Source of the DNA: Vicugna vicugna
Taxonomy: Eukaryota
Assembly: GCA_013265495.1 (NCBI GenBank)
Contig: MU058065.1
Span: 1,834,364 to 1,898,363 of the forward strand
Direction: 5' to 3'
Length of the DNA: 64,000 nt
Shown one piece after another: positions 12,856-24,846 of this stretch (position 1 is its first letter; every line of letters starts with the position of its first letter). Both the position numbers and the translations under genes were made by a program. The notes under the pieces are model-generated. The model ran no database searches and was not told where the DNA came from. It saw nothing but the letters and a program-made list of their open reading frames with translations.

Positions 12856-15504
12856 ATTAGTTCTATGAATGCAGGGACCACTTCTGTTTCAGTGTCCTGT
12901 TTTTCCTAGTGTCCTTAGAGCTAAACACTAATTGAATAAATGAATGAATGGATGAGTGAACAATGAATTTACTAATACTCTTGGTGTTACTTTGTCTATG
13001 TTGACTGTGCATCTTTGCAATAGTCATTTTTTCTGGGAAGAATAAGATCTGTTTTAGTTTATTCTGTTTTATCCGGGAACTACTTACTAAAAATTATTTG
13101 CTAATAAACAATTGCACAAGAACACCCAGAAATTTGAATTGTAGAAAATAACCCTTTTCTCTAAAGCATGGACTTCTTTTTCCCACTTGCCATGTGAAAA
13201 TAAAAAATAATGGAGATCACACAGAGATAATAAACAGTATCTGCACAGAGCTCTGTCATGAAAAAAAAAAACCAACTTCACATACCCTGTTTCATTTTAT
13301 TTTTAGAGCAATTTTCTCCTAAATAGAGCTGGCATTATAATCTGTTTTATTGATAAAAGAGTAACTGAAGACTCAGATAGTGCGTGTCTCCAAAAAAACT
13401 AGAGGGGTTGAGATCACTAATTATAATGTGTGGCTTATTTTAACTTTGAAATCTGGGTACAGAATTCTGTCTCAAGTTACAGACACAATTGTAGCCAAAA
13501 CCCTTATTTCATGTCTTACTCCTACACATCCCTCAGATCCCAATTCAAATGTGTCTTTCCCAAGGAAGTCCTCTCGCTAGTCCCCAGGCTGTGTCCAGTC
13601 TCCCTAGGACGTGCTCTCATAGTGCCTGGTAGCTTTCATATGCGGTACTTACCAGAGGTGGCTTCTATGGGCGTTTTGGGTGACATTATTTGATTACTAT
13701 CTTGTCTCCTTAGCCAGGAAGCATGCCATTTTAGCACGGTATTCCTGGAGCTAAGCAACAGTAAGCATTCAGCAAACATCATAGCATTAATAAGTAAAGG
13801 AACAAACAAATGTTGAGTAAGAAGAGGTAAGCATTCAAATCATTTTCGGAGGATTTGAGTTGATGTTTACTTTTCGGGAGAATTCAGAAGAAGGTTAAAC
13901 ATTTAAATAAATATAGCAAAGAAATTAATTCAGTTATTACTAAGATACATTATTTTTATAGCTGCATATATGCACTAAGACTATTTAAAACATTTAAAAC
14001 AACTTCTTAACATCCATAAGTCTGCAATACAATTTAAACTTATTTTCAACTTGATTTATTTTATGCTTTTTTTCTAAAAGTAGAGGTTAAATTATGAATT
14101 TCATTTATTTTTCCTCCCTAATGGTCTATTTTTGAGATAAAAATATTTGATTTACATTATCTATAGCAAAACATTTCATTAAAATGATGCTGAGGATGAA
14201 AATGGCTAGAAAATGTCAAGAATAAAAATAACATCATAGTACACATGAATCAAATGTATAGGAAATTCTACTCCCTATTTAGAAAAGTTTTATAGGGCAG
14301 TGAGATATCAAAAAAATTTTTTAAAGGTGGCTAGTGGAAGTAAAGAAAGTTTACAGGTTTTTCTAACTTTTTGGTTCATGATAAAAATAAATGCCATCCA
14401 AACAGAATTCAAAAAACAAAAAACCAGTGGCTAAAAATAAAACATGTCTCATTAAAACTGTCAAAATTTTAATGTGAAAAACTATGGTTATTTTTCTTTC
14501 AGTCTAAATACTGATAAGGTATTTATAGAAAAATTATAATTTTCTTATTTTTTTCATATTTACATATATACACATATACGTTATATTGAGATATCCTCAG
14601 ATTTAGACAAAAAATAATAATATCTAAGTTAACAACTGCAAAAATGAAAAAAAAGGATTTGGGGGGAAACTCTTGAGATAATTTCCTTAATATAAAGACT
14701 TAATATAAAAGTATATATGTCTACTATAAAGACATAAGTATATATGTAAAGGTGATTGAGTCCTTTAAATTAAGAGATTAAAAGTCAAAGCAGAGCGAGC
14801 CAAGAGGACTGTTTGGGCAGAATAAAAGGGAATAAAAGTCGGGAATTTTATTAGAGTGGGAAAGAGGCAAATCTATAGATCTTTGAAGAGCTAGTTTCCA
14901 TAAATATGTCTCTTCCTTAGTAAACTGTAATTTTCTACTCATGTGTTTAGCTTAATAGCAGAATTTTACCTTAATCGAAAGTTAAGTAGGCTTACTAAAA
15001 TTCTTGAGTGTTTTCTTTGGTGAATTCCACAGTTACTAAGTTGCCGATTCACAGGAATCTGACATAAATAATACATAATGTTAGAAAATTGAGTTTAAAA
15101 TACATTTCTCTTTTATATTCTCATTCCCATAATAGAAGAATAGAAAATTGAATTTAAAGCTGCTGTGTTACTGACACTTCAAATAAGATTTAATTAGTTT
15201 CTCTGACAAAGCTGTAAATCTTGAAATTAAAGAGTTCAGGAGTGCTTAGACCCCTACATTCTCTAAAGAAATTTAAATAGGAATAATAAGTTTTAAGCAC
15301 ATCTTTCTTGGTGCCTCCCATGAGGCAGCCAATGTTGGCTCAAATGATAAATGTAAATAATACTTGAATCTATAAGAGTCCATCTCAGGCATTTATTTAC
15401 TAACACAAGGCTTCTTGATGTTCAGGAATCAGAAGTCGACCTCCAGAATGTCAGAGAATGATACAGATGAAATCGTAAGCAATCAGTAAATGTCATCTTC
15501 TTTA

Positions 15505-15690
15505 TAACAATAGCCAACATTTACTAAATGCTAAGGAGATGCTATGGCCTGCTTAAAGTATTTTACACCGATTGAATCTTTAATTCTCCCATCAACTCTA
15601 TGTGGTTGGCGCTGTTATGATTCTCATCTTATGGAGGAGGAAACAAGGGCTTAAACAGGTTGAGTGACTTCCTAAGAATATACTGATAGA
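15505..15690 (-). mobile_element. MIR SINE, split by the LTR at 15698 and continuing at ~16121-16215
   Basis: ataacaatagccaacatttactaaatgc...ctcatcttatggaggaggaaac...ggttgagtgacttcctaag is the antisense MIR core. Confidence 0.7.
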
Positions 15691-15697
15691 GGATGTC

Positions 15698-16120
15698 TGT
15701 AGCAAACACAGTGGGTGTGCCAACTATATTCCCTTGGCCTTATCAATGTAGTGCACACCCAGGCCGACTTCCCACTGCCAGGGCCTCTGCAGGCCACTGT
15801 GTGCTGTATGCAAGACAAGCCAGGCAAACCAGAGCTGGAATCCACCCCAACCTCCTCCCAGGCGCCTTCAACCGCTGACAGAGGGGATTTGGTCCCTCGC
15901 CCCTCAGGTAGGGGAACTCAGAGGCACCTGCTCCATATTGCCTACTAAACTTTTGCCATCCACAAACTTACTTGAAAATTCATCAATTATTGGCTGTCTT
16001 CCCTCCCCTTTCTGATTTCCTCAGTCCTTACCAGTGAATTCTGGGATTACCTCCCAAATAAACTGTTTTCTCTCATATCTTTATCTCAGAATTTGTTTCT
16101 GGGAGAACCCAAATGAAAAA
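15698..16120 (+). mobile_element. ERVL solo LTR (LTR16-like)
   Basis: Starts tgtagcaaacac. The 3' end ctgggattacctcccaaataaact...tctcagaatttgtttctgggagaacccaaa is typical of the LTR16 family. Confidence 0.75.
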
Positions 16121-16315
16121 GAGCCCAGACAGTCTGGTCACAGATTCTAATCCCAGACAGGATTAGAACCCAGACAGTCTGGTCACAGAGTCTAAGTGTT
16201 TAATTACTATAATATATTGCCCATTCTTCCAAAAAAGATGACATACATTTTGTAAAAATTGTCTCAAGACATGGTAGGAGGAAGAAACTTCTTCTCCTTT
16301 TTACATCCCATTCTT

Positions 16316-16770
16316 GTCAAGGATCTTGTGCAGGGTCTGAGATTTTACTCTTCTTGCAGCAAAGAAATTGGCCAGCCATAGTTTTATGAAGGCTGGTGGA
16401 AGACATGAGACTCCTGGGTCAGAGACCAGAGACACTGTTAAGCACAGCAATGGCAGTAGCTAAAGAATCAGCACTTGTACCAGCTCCCCGAAGCCCCTTT
16501 CCCATTGGGTGACATGGACAAGCCCAGATGGAAAACTGCACAAGCAGTGGATTGTGTTCCAGGAGAGAAACCTTGAGGTTAGGGAACCCAAACTTTTTAT
16601 ACAGGACAATAAACTTGGCTGCTCTTTGCCCAAGAGAGAGACACCATCTCTCTTTTCAAGGCTATTAGTTACACGAAAATCTTTGAAAATGTAGTCCATA
16701 ATAAAGTCAACCAGTGCCTCACTTGAAAAGTCTGCAGATATGCAAGAGACCTGTGAAGAATTATCTTCTA
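16316..16770 (-). mobile_element. ERVL-class solo LTR (MER54/MER73/MER74/LTR53-like group)
   Basis: gtgcagggtctgagattttactc...gctggtggaagacatgagactcctgggtcagagac resembles the antisense end of this LTR group. Exact subfamily uncertain. Confidence 0.6.
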
Positions 16771-18234
16771 TGCTGTGAAATCAAGAAAGATGTTCACAGT
16801 TTCATCACACAAAGGAAAGTATAACTATGCCTTACAGAAAATGACAAAAACAAACAAATGACATTGAAAAGTTGTTTATTGCATTGTCTTCAATTTTTAT
16901 TTATTTATTTGGTTTTCAGGGCATAAACCCATTTTCCTTTGATAGCCGTGCCAATCCTGTCAGGTAAGTATTTTATGGCTGATGGAAAAATGACTCAGGA
17001 GACAGGGAACTTCACGGACACTCATCTAGTGAGTGGTAGACCCACAAGTTAAACCTAGGACTTCTTACTGCCAAAGCCACCAAACATTTGACCAATAGCA
17101 TTGGAGCAGGTGAACGACTACCCAGAACTTAAAACCTAAAAGATTTAGTGGGTCTCTTCATTTCTTCAATGCCGTGACACTCCCATGTCAGAATTTAGGA
17201 AGCAGAACTGAAGACATGAGTTGAGGTGAAGGGAGGGATGCAAATGGAGGAAAGGGCATAACTATGTTTTCTTTGTTTTTTGATGCTCAGTTTCCCCTTA
17301 TCTACATTCAGTTTTTTTAAAGGTAGTTTGCACTGTGTAAATCAGTCACTGCTAAAGAAAGAAATAAATAAATCCTAGAAAGTCATGGTTTTGGAATTGA
17401 GCTATGAAAAAAACTCCATAATTATCAGAATTATAGCATTTTCACTCAAATAGCTGCAGTATATATTTATTTCAGAATTTTGTGCGTTTTTCCCCACTGG
17501 GGAAATGTGCACAATTTCAGTGCATTCAAAAGCTCAGACTAATGTTACATTTTTAGACATACTGCTTATAGCATCAGGGTGCCATTGATTATGACATGTA
17601 TGATACCTGAAGAAAAGTATATAGATCAAATTCTACTATATCAAATTATGGTTGAAGTGCATTATGGAAATTTGTTACTTAAAGGAATCCTATAGTGAAT
17701 CCTTTTTATGAAAAAACAACTGTATCCAGAGAGACATAATGACTACTGGCAAAAGCCTTGGCCAAAAAGTAGAAATTCTGAGCTTCTTTGTGTCATTTGT
17801 CACAAGGGGTGGGGAAATTGAACTAGATAATCTCTGAATGTCTCCAATTCAGATTCCCCTTTCCTGGAGTGCAGAGACGAATGTGTTCGCTGTAGACGCA
17901 GATGGCTGTGGCTTGACTCTCAGCTGTGCTGCTTACCAGGCATACACCTTCCTGCAAGTTTTGTAACCTTTTTACACCTTTTCCTAACTTGTGAAATAAG
18001 GATAATAATGTGTACTTCAAACAACACTTGTGAGTATTACATTAAATTAGTTAACACTTACTGCTTCGTACAATGCCTGGCACATACTAAGCACGCAGTA
18101 AATTGCCATCAGTATCATTAATTCTACATTTCCATGTATCAGATTCATCTACTGTGAGACTTCTTATAGCACATGCACATCCTGGACTTCTCTTTTCAGT
18201 AAAATATAACTATAAGTAATTTAATCTATGCATT

Positions 18235-18490
18235 CATGTTTTATTCCAACATTTTATTGAAAAATTTCAAACCCACTACAAAGTTGAAAGAACTATGCAG
18301 TGAATACCTATCTCCATCACCTAGGTCTTACAATTAACATTTCCCAAGATTTGTGCTATCACATATCTATCTGCCTACTCCTATTTCCCTCCAGCAAGCC
18401 GTCTTTTTTGATACATTCCAAATTCAGTGGAAAACATCAGTACACACCTCTCTCCTAAATGTTTCAGCCTGCATGTTGTTAAATAGAGTC
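18235..18490 (-). mobile_element. Ancient L1 (L1MC/ME-like) 3' end
   Basis: ttttattgaaaaatttcaaac...aaagttgaaagaacta...gtgaatacc...catcacctag. Confidence 0.7.
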
Positions 18491-18864
18491 CAGAATTTGA
18501 GGGCTTTTTTTTCCCCATTTGGGGTAAAACTTCATGTACAAGAAAATTATGCATTTGCTTTTATATTCTGGGGTAATTTGAATATTCCAAATTGACTCTC
18601 TGGTGATGATAAATATTTTCAAAATTAAATCCCCAATTATATTTGCTGTAACCTGTAACATAATGCATTGAAATGCTTTCAAAGTCCTGGTGCTAAGGGC
18701 AATCTTACCTTACAGGTCAGGTAAACTGTATCGTTTCTCTTTGGTGGTGGTTTTATTTGGGAACATTCAGTTTGATCTTGGTGTCATGTATCCAAATCCA
18801 TTTGTATATCCATTTGTAAACTATAATAAAAAGAAATTCTACCACCCAAAATAAAATGTGTATC

Positions 18865-19002
18865 TATATGTGGTGTTGGGTGTTAACTATTATTGTGCTG
18901 GTCATGTCACAAGATATACATATATGGAATCATTATGTTTTACGCCAGAAACACATGTAACATATGTCAATTGTATCTCATTTTTTAGAAAAAGAAATAA
19001 AT
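18865..19002 (+). mobile_element. L1 3' terminal fragment
   Basis: tgttaactattattgtg...aatcattatgtt...tatgtcaattgtatctca followed by an A-rich tail. Confidence 0.65.
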
Positions 19003-19656
19003 AAGTCTATAAATATGTAATAAGAAGACTTCAAAAAATAAGATGAATACCACAAATCAAAAAAATTAGAATGATGACAAAGGTGACGTTCTGGTTCTCC
19101 AACTTTTGTTTGATTCCACCACACTGAAGCACTCAAACTCAACAGTTCCCCATGTGTAACAGCAAGGGAAGGATGCCTGAAGAGATCTCTTACTGAAGGA
19201 AGGGCTTTGGCAATCTTAAGTCTTACTGGGTGTATGGCAAGAAAAAGGATTTCGACAAAATTATACCCTAAAGTGTACCTGCTCAGAGTGAACTATAATT
19301 CACACTTACTCCCTTCCCATGTCTCATAATACTTGAGGTACAAAGTAAACCCTGGGCAGAAAAAAAATTCTGCTGTAGTTACTGTTAAAGAAAACATCAG
19401 TTAATCATGGCTGGGACCTTCAGATATATCTACATGTTCTGGTGAACTAAAGAAATTTATTTAGCTCCAAAATCTTTATTGAAACTTCAGTTCCTTTCTC
19501 TACTATGTGAGAAGGACATACTCAGCAAAACTCAATCTTCCCTAGCTAATTTATGGCTTAACGTACATAGAGATGGTCTTAACAAGTAAAGGTCAGAGTA
19601 ACATGGATAGACTATTATTACATTTTCAGGCCATCACTCAAAATTGCAACACAATA

Positions 19657-19950
19657 CAGTCTTCCCTTGGTATCCTCAGGGGACTGGGCCAAGGACCCCC
19701 ATGGATACCAAAATCCATGGGTGCTCATGTCCCTTATATAAAATGATGTAATATTTGCATACAACCTACATGCATCCTCTGACAAACTTGAAGTCATCTC
19801 TAATTTACTCATGATACTTAATACAATGTAAATGCTACGTAAATAGGTGTTGGTGTGTGGCAAGTTCAAGTTTTGCTTTTCGGAACTTTCCAGAATTTTT
19901 TTTCCCAAATATTTTCAACCCTTAGTTTGTTGATGGACTCTTCAGATGGA
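19657..19950 (+). mobile_element. MER2 (TcMar-Tigger) DNA transposon
   Basis: TA + cagtcttcccttggtatcc...ggataccaaaatccatgggtgctcatgtcccttatataaaatg...atttgcatacaacctacatgcatcctc...aatacaatgtaaatgcta. Confidence 0.85.
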
Positions 19951-21725
19951 GAGCACACTCAACCTGTCCATCATTCACCAACATCTACTTAGTGCCCCCT
20001 AAGAACAGCGCACCCAGGAAGAAGACCAAAAAAATTATTTTTGATCCCCAGCGTCTAGGAGGTTCATCCCATTATCCTATGAGGAACAGTGTGTGAAATA
20101 GATGATTCAGCATAAATACGACATGCTTGTGAAACATGCAGACTCTAGAATTGGATAAACCTGAAATCAGATAAAAGCATTTGAATGCCTCTCTCACGAC
20201 GACTTATTGATGTGGTGACCTTAGGCAAATTACTTAACCTCTCTCAGGCAAGTCAAGTGACTTATCTCTTTGAGATATGAGTTTCTGTAAAATAAGAAAA
20301 ACAATAAAACAAGAGCAGGTTTTTACTAAACGCTTATTATTTGCAAGGTGCTGTACAAAGATCATTGAAGGTTCCTTAACCCGTTTAATTCTTTTAAGAA
20401 TTTCAAGAGAGTAGTTACTGTCTTTATCCCCTTTTATACAGATACACACAGGTCATTCAGTTAGTTAGTTTAGTGACAAGGCTTGAACCCAGAGCTCTTC
20501 ATCATGATGCTAATAATAATGAATTGCACAGGATTGCTTTAAAGATGAAGCGAGCAAAGTTGAGGCATTAAAGTCAGGTGGTATATGTCCAATCAATGGT
20601 AGCCTCCTTTCCTTTGCAATGATAACCAAATAAGAACACTCAGAAATTGTACTTTAGATGTTTTCTTATTTGTTATTTACACATTTACTCATTTATTTAA
20701 TTCAAGTATAGTTGATGTACAATATTGTGTAAGTTATGGGTGTATAATACAGTGATTCACAACTTTTTAAGGTTAGGTATTTTCTTACCTTTAGGAATTT
20801 AGTGAATGTAAAAGCAAGCAAAACAATAATACATTAAGACTAGATCTGACCTAAATATAAAATACTAACTTCTATTCCCAAAGGAAAATTTCCATGTTTC
20901 GCCAGCTCTTTACATCCTTGGGAGACACACACCTCTGCTACCAAACAGCAAAGACAGTATCAAGAGCTGTAAGGGTTCCAGGATGGTTAATAAATGTTTT
21001 GGCATCAGTCAAGTATAAACATCTCTGAGCTAAACATCTGAACACAAAGTTCTCACAAAGCTACTCACTCCCTTGAGGAGGGCCTAAAAGGAACCCAGGG
21101 TCATACTTCATTCTTGGGAGGCATCTGGATTAATTTCCACTGTAACGTGGACAGGAGCCAATCACTTACCAACAAGCAGGAAGTGAAATAAAGAGCAGAA
21201 TCCCAGGATTCCCCTCAGGAGCCAAACCAGGAGAAGAGGATATCCCAGAGAAGCACACAGCCCCGCTCCCAAGAGCCCAAGTTCCTGGTTTCTTCATCAT
21301 ATACTGGCTCAAGTAGGGTGCATGCTTGAACCTCACTGTCACATTATTTTCCCCTAGGGTTTATATAGACATGTTTTTCTTGTTGAAAATCTAAGCAGAA
21401 TGATAAAGAAGTTGCCTTTACCTTTTTAAAGATCCTGCCCACCTAGGGAATTTGCTTGTTTCCAGGCACACTGAGCATCTATGATGTAATAATTAATGCT
21501 AAAGTGTTGGTGGCTTAATGTAGTCTTCTTCCCACAAGCATTTACTTTAGAAAAAAACTTTAGACATGCTTTATCCAAGAATGGAACTGGTGGCTTTGGG
21601 GCTCAGAGTGGAGTGCTCTGGGGTTGGGAGAGACAGCACCGAGCTCATAGCCAACAATCTTGCCCACCTCAGCAGATGGCTAGTTCGATCTCTCTGTGTT
21701 TTTGTGCATTTGGTTTCCTTTTTTT

Positions 21726-21883
21726 AAAAAAAAAATATATATTTTATGATTTGTTTTTTACATTTTTGGGAGGAAGGTAATTAGTTTTATTTATTTATTT
21801 ATATCTAATGGGGTACTGGGGATTGAACCCAGGACCTCGTACATGCTAAGCACATGCTCTACAGCTGAGCTATATCCTCTCCC
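21726..21883 (-). mobile_element. tRNA-Ala-derived SINE (camelid Vic-1-like), long form
   Basis: Reverse complement reads tatagctcagctgtagagcatgtgcttagcatgtacgaggtcctgggttcaatccccagtac (A and B boxes) plus an AT-rich tail. Imperfect TSD tggtttccttttttt (21711-21725) / tggtttgctttgttt (21884-21898). Confidence 0.85.
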
Positions 21884-22334
21884 TGGTTTGCTTTGTTTTG
21901 TTTTTAGAGGGGAACATTTTGGAGGGAAAAGAGGTCTCCTCATTTCCTGTCAAGTTGCTCCATGTGGACATCCACCTTGGCCTCATTTGCCTGGTCTACA
22001 GAGCCCATGAAAGCAGAATATGGGCTCTTCAGCACCTTTGAGAGACAAGCCTGTGACCCCCTGAAAGAAGTGTGCAGGTGTCTGTACAAACGTGCATACC
22101 CATAGTATCCTTTGAAATATGCCACACCTTTCTGTGGGTCCCTGGTGGTGATGCACTGCTCTTTGATCTCCTTATCTGTGTTTGAGAGCTACCTTTTCAT
22201 TGTAGTTTGGGGCCTGAGATCATGCCTCTTCATTAGCCGAACAACCTTTTATTCACACACAAACACAGATCAACAAACTTGCTAATCTCCATGTAAAATC
22301 TCTTCACACTGAGATACATAAATGTGCCCTGTAC

Positions 22335-22793
22335 TAATAGGTGGCAGTAGTTGACCCTCCAAATCTCTTCTACCCCAATGATTAGTGTAAACTATGCTCA
22401 CGCCCCTTGCCACCGAGTGGGTTAAAACAGACGTGTAACCTCGTCTTGGCCAATGAGCCTCGAGCGAGTCTCCTGGGACTGCTTCTGGGCACTGTTTCCT
22501 AGCTCGTTACACGGAGCCAAAAGAAACAGACAATCTCTCTTTTGCCTCTAGTCTGGACTTTGTTGTGTCTGTAAATGATACCTGTACTGACTACAGCCAC
22601 CTCCCCAGCAGCCCAGGGCCGGGGCCAGGAAGACTGCCTGCCATAAACCTGGGCTGGAGCCCTGATGTACCACGCCCGGAACTCATGCTCACTCTGGACT
22701 TCTTGTTATGTGAGATAACAGCCTTGATTGTTGTGTATGACAATTTGAGTTGGGTTTTCTGTTACCTGCCACAAAAAGTAATTTAGCTGATTC
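22335..22793 (+). mobile_element. ERVL-MaLR LTR (MLT1I/J-like)
   Basis: cttggccaatgag...gcttctggg and terminal ctctggacttcttgttatgtgagataa...ttgagttgggttttctgttacctgc...gctgattca. Confidence 0.75.
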
Positions 22794-23764
22794 ACGTACA
22801 CTATTTTTATGGACAACCTGAACTGTTCTCTTGCTTTGATAACTTCTGTTTGATTTGATAACTGCTAATATTCTTTGTCCAGACTACGTGCCAGGTATTT
22901 ATATAAAGGAGAGTCTGCTGGCTTGTTTTGAAATGTCATACTGCTTAGAATGCATTCATTTGTAATCCTTCTCTATCCCCACCCATGGTCACTTGTGACC
23001 ACGCTGGTTAGGTGCTAAATGTGTAAATTCACCAAAAACTGATGGTGAATGTGTTGATCAAACCAGAGCCACATGGATCTTTTTTTTTTTTTTTACTTCT
23101 ACAAGTGTGGACACAATTATGGAAAGAACTGCTTTCTTATCAATAGATATAAAAAACTCAGATAATATAGGATCATATTTTCAATCAAAATCTTAGGGAT
23201 GAGTTTAATTCACCGTGTACTTTTGTATGTTTTGTATGTTTTGGAAAGAAAGGACACATAAGACGGATCATAACAAGGGACAGTCAGGTTACATTGCTTC
23301 ATGTGTTTATTTTTTAAAGTTCATTGTTTAACCTTAAATTAAGCATAATAGATTCAAAGTTTTAACCCTAGAATTGTGGTGAACCCACATCTTAAACTAC
23401 AGAGAGAACATCGTAACAATTTAAAGCTTGTCAAAGATTTTGACATGGCTTGAAGGTCAAAGCCATCATTGTTTCTTCTTTTCAGTTGACTTTTAGGAGC
23501 CTTGCTGCTCCTGAGTCTCTCTGGGAGGACAGATAACTTGCGAGTATCCTCCACAGATAAGAGACAGCTAGTAAATAGGCCTGGAGAAGCAAAAGTGGCA
23601 GCAAAAATGAATGTTGATTGGAAAGTGATGTGATTGAGAGGATGGAAGTGTAGGTAGTGGATACAGATGACAGGGAGGCCATCAATTAAGGGGGTGATGG
23701 GACTGCTGTGGCGGCTGCAGGAATGAAAGACCAAAGAATGGTTTTAGAAATTAACCACAAAATA

Positions 23765-23990
23765 ACTGTTAGTGTTCTCTGAGTTCAAACTGCATGCTAG
23801 GTGTTGTTCTAAATACTTTATCGCCACTGTTTCATTTAATCCTCACACTAGCTGTGTGATGTTAGCATTATTACTAACCTCATTTCGCTGATGAGAATAC
23901 ATGGGGCTCACTTGATACACTGCAGAACTCAGATTAGAATCCAGGTAGTCTGGTCCCAGAGCTGGCACGCTTAACCACGGTGCTATACTA
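23765..23990 (-). mobile_element. MIR SINE
   Basis: tcatttaatcctcacac...cctcatttcgctgatgaga...gaatccaggtagtctggtcccagagc...gcttaaccac. Confidence 0.75.
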
Positions 23991-24344
23991 TGTCATGGTT
24001 TAAAATATTAGCGTACTGGCAGTGCTCAGCCACTACTCATCTATATGATGGTTTTAATGCAAATTAGAAGAGTCCAAAGGGCCCTGCCCACCACCCAGTG
24101 AAATCCAGCCCCATAGCTTCACAGTTTAGAGGGCAGTAGGCATCTCTGATCAAGGAAGCACCTGCTCCAATCTTCAGGTAATGACAGCACTTGCAAGGGC
24201 ACGTGACTTGAGTATCAGCCTCTACTTACTTCCTCAGTAAGGCACCTCATTACAGCGCACAGACTTTGCAACTATGTGAGCAGGGCTTTTAAAATGATCA
24301 AATATGTATATTTATTTTTATCCGTCAAAAGTCTTTTTCGCAAG

Positions 24345-24846
24345 CACTTTACAGGAATATTCCTGGTTCTTTCTCCAGATCTATTCTCTACCCTTCTCCA
24401 TTCTGCTGTGTGCTCTGGAAGGCTGACCTTTATGGGCTCCACCAATGGGATTCCTGGCCTTTTGGCTTCCAGTTAGGTTCATCCATTGGGAGGCACCAGC
24501 CAGAAGTCCAAGGGAAGCGAAGCTGGGGTATTTTATCCCCTGGCTGCCTTTCTATTGAGCCAGTTACTTGGGTCCTCCCCTAAGGCCTCAGCTTGTCAGG
24601 CAGCCCTATCCCACAGGTACAGAGAGACTTCTCCCTCCAGGTGCTGGTGGCCACTTCTCCTCTTGGCCCTTCTAGCCTAGAAGCAGTGCAAGGCTCCCTC
24701 TTGTCGCTAGTCTTGAGATGCTTCATCACGCCCTCATCACTCCCTAACTCTGCTCACACTTCTGTGAATAGTCCCCAAATTAAAGTCGCCTCAATTTCCC
24801 TCTTTGAGTGAGCCATCTGTTTTCTGCCAGAACCCTGACTGATACA
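24345..24846 (+). mobile_element. ERVL solo LTR (LTR33-like)
   Basis: ggaaggctgacctttatgg...tggcttccagttaggttc...gggaggcaccagc and terminal gccatctgttttctgccagaaccctgactgataca. Confidence 0.75.
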
